This document shows, in pieces, positions 54,200 through 64,000 of a stretch of DNA of 64,000 nt. How positions within the stretch are numbered: position 1 is the stretch's first letter; each line of letters begins with the position of its first letter. Position numbers and translations under genes: made by a program. Source of the stretch: Octopus bimaculoides (taxonomy: Eukaryota); the NCBI RefSeq assembly GCF_001194135.2, contig NC_069006.1:16234640-16298639 (forward strand), in the 5' to 3' direction. A model generated the notes under the pieces. It was not told the origin of the DNA, did no database searches, and saw nothing but the letters and a program-made list of their open reading frames with translations.

Positions 54200-54600
54200 T
54201 TTTTAAGAAGAGGAGTCCAGCTGATTAAATTAACCCCAGTACTAGACGGGTATTTTATTTTATTGATCCTGGAGAGATAAAAGGCAAGGCTAACTCTGGT
54301 GGGATTTGAACTTCAGAATATAAAATTTTAACAAACGTTGCAAAGCAGTTCTCCCAATGCTCTAACAATCCTGCTCGCTCACTGCACTTATTGATTTCAA
54401 ATTTTGGCACAAAGTCAGCAATTTCAAGGAAGGCTATAAGCCAATTGCATTGACCCCCAGTGTTCAACTGGTCCCTTATTTTATCAACCTTGAAAAGAAG
54501 AAAGGCAAAGTCGGCCTCGGCAGAATTTGAACTCAAAACATAAAGATGGACAAACTGCCACTAAGCACTTTTTGTTCGGTCAGCTCACCACTCTTATTAA
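54200..54600 (-). mobile_element. Two diverged family B SINEs
   Basis: Direct similarity to family B. Confidence 0.7.
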
Positions 54601-55324
54601 TGATAATAATCATTGTTTCTAATCTTGGAACAAGGCCAGCAATCTTGAAGGAAAGGGGTCAGTTTATACCTTCTGATGAGCCAAGTAGCATCATGTCACC
54701 TGCAAATATCAGCCAACCGACTCTAGTCACTGATTAGGATGCCACATCCACAATAGCTGAGCATGTCAATCCAGTTCATAAAAATTACGAAAAGGAGAGG
54801 AGAAAGTATACAACCCTGCCTAAGTCCAACACTCATCTTTTATTTGTTTCAGTTATTTTGACTGCAGCCAAGCTGGGGCACCAGGACTTCTTTTTTTTTC
54901 TAAAGCCTAGTACGTATTCTATCAGTCATGTTTGCCAAACCGCTAAGTTATGAAGACATAAAAACACACCAACACTGGTTGTCAAGCAACGGTGGTGGGA
55001 CAAACACAGACACAAAGAGAGAGAGAGAGAGAGAGAGCAGGGCGAGATACACACACATATGTCCACATGTGCACACACACACATTAAAATTATATAAAGC
55101 TTGTCAAGTTCACCTTATTTCTCCATAGACTGAAAACGTGAGGGACAGTTTTAATCTATTTTAACCCTTAATGAGAGCTCATAAATGTTTTGTACTATTA
55201 GGTTAGCAGCAGGCTTTAAACAGAGGAGCAGTGTGGGAGAATTTCTGAGAAGTAAATTAACTCCTTTAACAGCATGTAATTATTGAAATTTTGAGAAATG
55301 ACAAGTGTAGTAATAAACGGGTGA

Positions 55325-55376
55325 TGGCAGGAGGGGTGTGAGAAGGGCAGGAGGGGTGTGAGAAGGGCAGGAGGGG
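55325..55376. repeat. 20-bp G-rich minisatellite running into a gap
   Basis: gcaggaggggtgtgagaagg repeated about 2.5 times, then Ns. Confidence 0.8.
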
Positions 55377-56215
55377 NNNNNNNNNNNNNNNNNNNNNNNN
55401 NNNNNNNNNNNNNNNNNNNNNNNNNNNNNNNNNNNNNNNNNNNNNNNNNNNNNNNNNNNNNNNNNNNNNNNNNNNNNNNNNNNNNNNNNNNNNNNNNNNN
55501 NNNNNNNNNNNNNNNNNNNNNNNNNNNNNNNNNNNNNNNNNNNNNNNNNNNNNNNNNNNNNNNNNNNNNNNNNNNNNNNNNNNNNNNNNNNNNNNNNNNN
55601 NNNNNNNNNNNNNNNNNNNNNNNNNNNNNNNNNNNNNNNNNNNNNNNNNNNNNNNNNNNNNNNNNNNNNNNNNNNNNNNNNNNNNNNNNNNNNNNNNNNN
55701 NNNNNNNNNNNNNNNNNNNNNNNNNNNNGTGGATGATGATAGCAATGACATTAATGATGGTCACTTCACTGCCCTTGATTACAGCAATGAAGCTTCAATG
55801 ACAATGGTGGTGGTGGTGGTGGTGGTGGTAGTTTGGTAAATACTGACTGACTGTCTGTGTTGATATTAACCATAACACTATATTGGTGATGACAATGGCA
55901 CTGATGACAATGGCACTGATGACAGATAGTGATTACTACAACAACACGGCTGGCAGTGGTGATGGTAATGTGGAAGAATTCCATTAGAGACCAAAAAAAA
56001 AAAACTATCACTGATAGAACAGACTAAAGACTTCTATGTTCTGTAAAACAACAGTTAGTAATTGCATACAAATATTTAAACTGGAGAAGAAATAAATATT
56101 CACAAAAAAAGGTAGCATAAGAAATGAGCTAATGAAGGAGCTCAACATGCAAGAAATAGCAGTCAAATCGCACTCTACTATCTTGGGAAAGGGAGAGACA
56201 CATTGGATAATGAAT

Positions 56216-56520
56216 CATCATCATCATCATCATCGTTTAACGTCCGCTTTCCATGCTAGCATGGGTTGGACGATTTGACTGAGGACTGGTGAAACCAGAT
56301 GGCTACACCAGGTTCCAATCTGATTTGGCAGAGTTTCTACAGCTGGATGCCCTTCCTAACGCCAACCACTCAGAGAGTGTAGTGGGTGCTTTTACGTGCC
56401 TCCGGCACGAAGGCCAGTCAGGCGGTACTGGCAACGGCCACGCTCAAAATGGTGTATTATATGTGCCACCCGCACAAGAGCCAGTCCAGGGGCACTGGCA
56501 ACAATCTCGCTCGAAATGTA
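56216..56520 (-). mobile_element. Family C element
   Basis: High similarity to 8903-9101 and 31122-31491. Confidence 0.8.
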
Positions 56521-56738
56521 ATCTTTAATGTGAAATAACTGAGAGAAGGATGAAATAGTTGTGGCTGGATCATAGGCCTGCTCAGTATAATCTCAAATAT
56601 CACACAACCATGTTAGAGTACAACCTAAAAATATTACATGACCTCTTCTTAGGAAGCAGAACCTCATGAAGGAGATGACAAAGAACCACAAGCGGTAGGA
56701 CACTATGCTGAAATAAAACTCATATAAACCATCCATTA

Positions 56739-57128
56739 GTGGAGGAGCAATGGCCCAGTGGTTAGGGCAGTGGACTCGCGGTCATAGGATCGCGATTTCG
56801 ATTCTCAGACTGGGTGTTGTGAGTGTTTATTGAGCGAAAACACTTAAAGCTCCACGAGGCTCCAGCAGGGGGTGGGGTGGCGAACCCTGGTGTACTCTTC
56901 CACCACAGCTTTCTCTCACTCTTACTTCCTGTTTCTGTTGTGCCTGTATTTCAAAGGGGGCAGCCTTGTCACACTGTGTCACGCTGAATATCCCCGAGAA
57001 CTACGTTAAGGGTACACGTGTCTGTGGAGTGTTCAGGCACTTGCACGTTAATTTCACGAGCAGGCTGTTCCGTTGATCGGATCGACTGGAACCCTCGACG
57101 TCGTAAGCGACGGAGTGCCAACAATAAC
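56739..57128 (+). mobile_element. Family D tRNA-derived SINE
   Basis: TSD aaaccatccatta at 56726-56738 and 57129-57141. Confidence 0.9.
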
Positions 57129-57614
57129 AAACCATCCATTATACAATAATTAATGCAAACTGATGATGATATTTGCTCTATACATACTGAAAACAGTCAT
57201 GTACTACAGTAAAGCTCTCAGCTTATTCTTCAGTAGCTCTGTGCCAGACATCACCAGAAGAGAAGAACTGCTGTTGAGAAGTTGGTGACATCACGATGAA
57301 TCTAGTTAGCAACTGATTGATGAGAAAGGAATGTATGTAGATAAATTGTTTTATTTATAATGCTTTCTATATAATTGCCAAGTTAGTCATTCATTATATT
57401 CATTATATACATGTATGGCTTATTTAGTCACAATGCAATTCTACTGAACAACTAGTGTACAATCTTGTATATTTACTGAGAAAGATTATCTATTATAACT
57501 ACTTCAGTAAATGCAGTAAAGTCCAAGCTTTACTGATAAAGGTTCTCAAATATTTCTTATCCATACAATTTTTTTTTCTGTTGGACCCTCATAACCATTC
57601 AATATTTAAAAGCT

Positions 57615-58031
57615 AGGAGTGGCTGTGTGGTAAGTAGCTTGCTTACCAACCACATGGTTCCGGGTTCAGTCCCACTGCGAAGCACCTTGGGCAAGTGTTT
57701 TCTACTATAGCCTTGGGCCGACCAAAGCCTTGTGAGTGGATTTGGTAGACGGAAACTGAAAGAAGCCTGTCATATATATGTATATATATATGTATATGTA
57801 TGTGTGTATGCATTTGTGTGTCTGTGTTTGTCCCGCCAACATCGCTTGACAACTGATGCTGGTGTGTTTACGTCCCCCGTAACTTAGCGGTTCGGCAAAC
57901 GAGTTCGATAGAATAAGTACTAGGCTTCCAAAGAATAAGTCCTGGGGTCGATTTGCTCGACTAAAGGAGGTGCTCCAGCATGGCTGCAGTCAAATGACTG
58001 AAACAAGTAAAAGAGTAAAGAGTAAAAGAGA
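57615..58031 (+). mobile_element. Family A SINE, full length
   Basis: Ungapped copy showing head, CORE-like segment, (AT)n(GT)n and 3' module ending in (gagtaaaa) repeats. Confidence 0.9.
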
Positions 58032-58468
58032 TTCACTTGTGTAGGTTGAACTTTGTAAACATTAGAGAAAGAAGCCTAACTGTTTCTTGCAATACATATA
58101 TCTAAAGCAAAATCTTTTCAGGGGTCTTTAAAATACTATTGTGGTTCCCCAGTTTATCATTTTGTTGCATGGACCCCCACCCAAAAGAAAATCTTAAATC
58201 TTATATGGACCCTCAGGGGCCATATAAACACTGGTTGAGAACCACTGAAGACAGAAACATGTTCAGAGTTGCTCTCCTAGTACTTCCTGAAATGAAATGA
58301 TATCATTCTATGACAAATACCTTTTCCTCACAGTCTAATTATTTCCAATAAGCTCTTTTATGCTCCAAGCATTAAAATATGTCAACATGCTGGAACAATC
58401 CCTGTAACTTAGCAGTTAGAGAGACCAATAAAATAAGTACGAGATATTCAGAAAACTGTAGTTAATGT

Positions 58469-58616
58469 AATAGAGTTATTAATATTTCTAAGTCTCTCTA
58501 AAGGAGACTACGGCAGCGGTACTGGAAATTAATAGTTATCGCCAAGCCAACAAGGCAGTCCCAGCTTTCGTCCTAATTTTGGGACTGCCATGTTGGCTTG
58601 GCGATAACTATTAATT
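58469..58616 (-). mobile_element. Small fold-back insertion (38-bp arms, 16-nt loop, 57-nt tail) inside a SINE remnant
   Basis: TSD tgtagttaatgt (58457-58468) and tgtagctaatgt (58617-58628). Arms 58526-58563 and 58580-58617 have one mismatch. Confidence 0.7.
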
Positions 58617-58830
58617 TGTAGCTAATGTGTTTGACTAAAAAAGATCTTCAAGCTGGTGCCCCAGCATGACTGCAACCTAAAGGCTGAAACATGTCATAAA
58701 TACATATACACACATAGTGGGTGTAAGTAAAAGAAGAGAGACAGAGAGAGAGACAGACAGAGATGAATTATGAAGTATTCAATTTGTTTAGTTACTTCTG
58801 CTTAAGAAATAATATGATACCAGTGTAGAT

Positions 58831-58886
<56 letters not shown>

Positions 58887-60751
58887 CAAATAAAAAATAA
58901 AAAGAGATAACGTGCACACAGAGCAATATAGCTGATTCTCTATTAGAAACAAAACAAAGAGAAAAGAGGCCGATTTTTGAGTCTCTAGTCATGACAGAGA
59001 TACAATCGATTTTTCAATGGAATGTGTAAGACTGATTTCCTAAACAAAGAAAATAGAACTGATTTGCTGGCGACCTTACCAAACACATCACATGGCATTT
59101 CAATACTTTCGGAAGGGATGATGTTATGGATTACAATACAGATGTGATTTCTGACAAAAGAACCAACTTTACAAGAAATGGGGAGAGACAAGACAATACA
59201 AACAATAATATGTAAAACATCTTTGCAACAATGTACTAATATGTAATAGCAGAATTCTTAAATCATCTCAATGCAAAATAATGAGAAATGAAAAATTAAT
59301 TTTTATTTTATTTTTTCATTTTTTTTCACTTTTTTTTTTTTTCTGATTTCTTTAAAATATTGAGATTAATCTTTTCAGAGGGATTTCCATAATTTTCATC
59401 AATGATTTTTTGGTTTGGAAAAAAAGTATATCATCCCTACTTGAATCACACACTATTTATAACATTTTAACTGACAAAACACAATCTCACAGCAATGATA
59501 CAAATAAGAAATGTGCACACGCATACACACACACAAGTGTGTGCATGCATACATGCAAGCAGTTACAAAGAAAATTAAAAAAAACAAATTTATAAGACCA
59601 ATCTTTTATCTTTTACTTGTTACAGTCATTTAACCGTGACTATGTTGGGGCATCATATTGCAGGGTTTTAGTCAAACAAATCAACCCCAGGACATATTAT
59701 TTTTCTCTTTTTCTATTGGTCTCTTTAGCCAAACTTCTAAGTTACAGGGATGTAAATACACCAACACCAGCTGTCAAATGGTGGTGGGGAACAAATACAG
59801 ACACAAAGACATACAAACATATATATATATATACAAACAAAAAGGTTTCTTTTAGCTTCTGTCTACCAAATCTCCTCACAAGTCTTTATTCAGCCCAAGG
59901 CTATAGTAGAAGACACTTTGCCCCACATTTTCCTGGGTCTACTCCTTCCACATGTTCCCTCCACAATTAGAGATCAGCACCTCTTGATATAACTGACATT
60001 TTATAGAAATATTAAACTACCCCAGGACTTGACAGGCATTTTATTTACTTTATCTTATCAGCCTGCAATGAATGAAAAACAAATTTTATCTTGGTAGGAT
60101 TTGAACTCAGAACATAAATAGCACAACTGAATACCACAACCAAGTTTAGCCACTGCTCCAATGATTCTACGAAATTCAGTTTGGTGGGTAGAAAAAGGTT
60201 TCCAGTCACAGTCACAGAATTCAGTGTAAACAATCAGTTCTAAAGCACATTAGCTTCCAAGATATTTTCTTTTTTAAATGTAAACAAAAAAAAATAAATA
60301 AATAGAAAAACTTAGAACCAAAGAATGAAAATAAAGTTATTATCCATGAAAAATATGACAGAAAAAAATAATCTATATAATTCTTTCTTTTTTTTTTTTC
60401 TTATTAATTTTCCATTGGAAACATGACTATAAATATATATAGAGTCTTGGTATCCATGCAAAAGAATGGCATGATGTCATAACAGCATAAAACCAGCATA
60501 CATTCACATATATTTTATCACACAAACAAACTAACAGACAAACACACACACACACCATTTGACAATTTGTTAGGGGGTAACCAAGCAGAAGATTATGTGA
60601 TGCTGTAAGGGTGTTAAGACCCAGTCACATACATTCATTCACACACACATACACACAAACAGAGACAAGTTGTTGAAGGAGTAACCAAGCACAAGATTAT
60701 GTGATACCATAATGGTAGTGTACAACCAGCTCACATATTCACATACATTTT

Positions 60752-60786
<35 letters not shown>

Positions 60787-60850
60787 GCAATATTCAAGCA
60801 ATTCAGTATATCTTTATCTGGTAATTTTTCCAGCTTGCTACTGTATGAAT

Positions 60851-61229
60851 GTTGTTGTTGTTGGCACTCCGTCGAGGGTTCCAGTTGATCTGATCAACGG
60901 AACAGCCTGCTCGTGAAATTAACGTGCAAGTGGCTGAGCACTCCACAGACACGTGTACCCTTAACATAGTTCTCAGGGATATTCAGCGTGACACAGTGTG
61001 ACAAGGCTGGCCCCTTTGAATTACAGGTACAACAGAAACAGGAAGTAAGAGTGAGAGAAAGTTGTGGTGGAAGAGTACAGCAGGGTTTGCCACCATCCCC
61101 TGCTGGAGCCTCGTGGAGCTTTAGGTGTTTTCGCTCAATAAACACTCACAACGCCCGGTCTGGGAATCGAAACCGAGATCCTATGACCGCGACTCCGCTG
61201 CCCTAACCACTGGGCCATTGCGCCTCCAC
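60851..61229 (-). mobile_element. Family D tRNA-derived SINE
   Basis: TSD actgtatgaat at 60840-60850 and 61230-61240. Confidence 0.9.
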
Positions 61230-62762
61230 ACTGTATGAATAAATTTATACCAAGCCAATGAGAGAAACTTTAAAAGACCAACAAGACTTGTAAATTCAAC
61301 AAAATGAGAATAAAAAGTAGTTTTCAGGTTTTTCTTTTCTTCCCCCAACAGAGTTGCTCAACACATGTCATAATAGAAATGGATTTGTGAAATTGATACT
61401 AAATATAAGAGATGGGTTAAAAAAAAAAAATTCTAATCTATGCCTGCATTTCCCCAAACACTTATTTGCACTAAATTTTTTATGTCACTGTTTAGCCACA
61501 ATCATCTCTGTTCAAGCAGACCTCCTGTGATCAAAAGCATTTCTTCCAGCTGTTACCAACACGTCACTTTGTATGTCTTAGATTGAAAACAGTAGGATAT
61601 GATTTGGGGGCATTTAGCTGTTATTTCTAACAGCCTAACTGAGTCTTCTGAAATATTGATTTCTGACTTAATCACAAAGTCAACGAATTACTTTCTATAG
61701 TAAAGCGGATATAGACAATTTATACAAATACTAGCACTTCTTACTTTATGTTCCCTAGAACAAAAGGCAAACTCCATACCAACAGGGTAATACTGGTCTG
61801 TAACATAGAAAACCACAAAAATCTTCATGGGATATATACAGCCAATCATACTGGTTTCAAATTTTAGCACAAGGCTAGCAGTTTTGGGGAAGGGGATAAG
61901 TCGATTACATCAATCCCAGTGTTTCACTGGTACTTATTTTACCGACCCTAAAAGGATGAAAGGCAAGTCAACCTCAGCAGAATTTGAACTCAGAATGTAA
62001 TGCTTCTAAGCATTTTGTCCATCTTCTTAACAATTCTACCAGCTTGCTGTTTTATACCACCAGTAAGTGTATTGCGCGAGTATTTGCCTACATGTGTGTG
62101 TAGATGTGTGTGTGCATGTGTGCTCTTGGTTATAAGTTTTATCTGTACGTGTTTATATATTTGCGGTGTGTGTGTCCATAGTTGCATATGCTTGTTTGGA
62201 TATGAATGTATTTGTGTTGTAAATATGTCTTAAAAAATCTTACTTCTTCTTAGAAGGCTTGTTTCAATGTCATAAAAAACATTACCCAGTTTTCTAAATT
62301 CTCAAACTGGCAGAACCATCCTCAATCACAACGGACGAATTAAGATCATGGCAGCTGCTGATAATGTACAGAGCATCCTAATACTCATTACTGGGACTTC
62401 CTTTTTCCAAGGGACTTTCTCTTTCACAAGCATCATACTACTGTTACAAAGGAGAGAATGAGGTTCTAGCTAATATGATAATATGTTGCACAACATTATT
62501 ATAGTTTGGTAGGCAATATCTTCAGTGAATGGAAGAAATAATCTGATAAGTATAATTTAAAATGGTACGACTCAAAATACTGTTCTCTAGTTCTGCAAAA
62601 GAAAATGAATAATGGATCCATGATTAATTCTAATGAGAAATTATGTTCATTGATCACGTGACTGGTATTATGCAAGCTGCACATTTTTATTTTTGGCACA
62701 CTTTACAGTGAGGTAGACTATATAAACTGGTGAGTGAATGCATGGTTGCCAATTGGACAGGA

Positions 62763-63447
62763 GGTGTGAAGTCGTGTATTGAAGAACCACAGTTGGTGTT
62801 AAGTCAGACAACGAAGAACTACAGTTGGTGTGAAGTCAGGCAGAGAAGAAATACAGTCAGTTTGAAGTTGGGTGACAAGAAACACGAGTTAGTATGAAGT
62901 TGGGCAACGAAGAACTACAGTTGGTGTGAACCCGGGTGATGAAGAAATACAGTTGGTGTAAAGTTGGGCAATGAAGGTGCAGGCGTGGCTGTGTGGTAAG
63001 TAGCTTGCTTACCAACCACATGGCTCCGGGTTCAGTCCCACTGCGTGGCACCTTGGGCAAGTGTCTTCTACTATAGCCTCAGGCCGACCAAAGCCTTGTG
63101 AGTGGATTTGATAGACGGAAACTGAAAGAAGCCCGTCGTATATATGTATATATGCGTATGTGTATGTTTGTGTGTCTGTGTTTGTCCCCCTAGCATTACT
63201 TGACAACTGATGCTGGTGTGTTTACGTCCCTGTAACTTAACGGTTCAGCAAAAAGAGACTGATAGAATAAGTACTAGGCTTCCAAAGAATAAGTCCTGGG
63301 GTCGATTTGCTCGACTAAAGGCGGTGCTCCAGCGTGGCCGCAGTCAAATGACTGAAACAAGTAAAAGAGTAAAGAGTACTGTTGGTGTGAACCTGGGCAA
63401 CAAAGAACGGCAGTTGATGTGAACCTAGATGACAAAGAACTACATTA
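62763..63447. repeat. Degenerate 32-bp minisatellite (about 9 units) split by a SINE
   Basis: Consensus approximately ggtgtgaagttgggcaacgaagaactacagtt. Six full units plus a partial unit precede the SINE and two follow it. Confidence 0.85.
62975..63376 (+). mobile_element. Family A SINE, full length, inserted into a 32-bp minisatellite
   Basis: Ungapped copy; the minisatellite unit resumes after it. Confidence 0.9.
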
Positions 63448-64000
63448 CACTGCGTGCAACTACTTCTTCCTCTCTGAGTAAGTTGGCTTGATGGAATAGT
63501 CTCTGGTTTCCCAGCAGCTGACTTGGCTGTTGGAATCATGTTGGTGTGAGGAGGCCACATTTTGCAGCAATACCTTGCCTTTATCTAACTGAGTCATAGT
63601 CAATGGCAGATAGCCAAAGACTGGTTCTTGCTAAAATATCCACAACAGGATTAGCTGCTAAGAAACTTGACCAACATTCAAATACATTTATTCAATCAGA
63701 TATCTCAACACCAGTCATGCTTAGCATTAAGACTTTACTTCCAGAATTATGATAGAAATAAGTGTTAAGATAAAAAAATTAAAAAATGCTTTCTCTCTAA
63801 CAATTCTTCAAACTATAGAACTTGGCTTCTGGGAGCATTCTTCATGTCAAAGATAACTGCATGTAGGAAATTGCAATCCTTCAGAAAACAAGCTTCAGGG
63901 AATATCTAAAACTTGAGATGCACATATAACTTTTATGGGAGAGAACGAAATGGTATTCAGTCAATGGACCTTGAGGTAAAGCTGAGAAGATACATATATA

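Noticed and set aside
54670-54700. ctgatgag as a hammerhead core
   Set aside because: No stem II or GAAA partner downstream.
57250-57305. Kinase-like IHRDV motif on the minus strand
   Set aside because: Lacks the following K..N and hits a stop within 16 codons.
58985-61790. Minus-strand exon candidates at about 61.75, 60.2 and 59.1 kb
   Set aside because: They can be chained only by using weaker donors, the peptide is unrecognisable, and the 60.2-kb candidate overlaps a SINE remnant.

Overview
Eukaryotic, AT-rich, microsatellite-dense window with about 5.3 kb of N gaps. The interspersed repeats resemble those I recall from octopus (O. bimaculoides-type) genomes; the species is inferred from memory, not verified. 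I found no recognisable protein-coding gene. The ORF track is almost entirely gap, microsatellite or repeat artefact, so the window is probably intronic or intergenic. It contains several tRNA-derived SINE families (CORE-like, Meta-like and RTE-tailed) and decayed LINE fragments (RTE, R4/Dong-like, Penelope-like). It also holds DNA-transposon relics and MITEs (Tc1/mariner, hAT, piggyBac-like). The best signal is four short insertions from three unrelated sequence families at 10.4, 39.1, 44.2 and 58.5 kb. All share one architecture: target-site duplication (TSD), near-perfect fold-back palindrome, and a one-sided 30-60 nt tail. Two families carry minimal type I hammerhead ribozyme motifs in both arms, one a non-canonical U3:A8 core variant. 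This fits Penelope-like pseudo-LTR biology. Splice-site-bounded exon candidates are reported only as low-confidence hypotheses.
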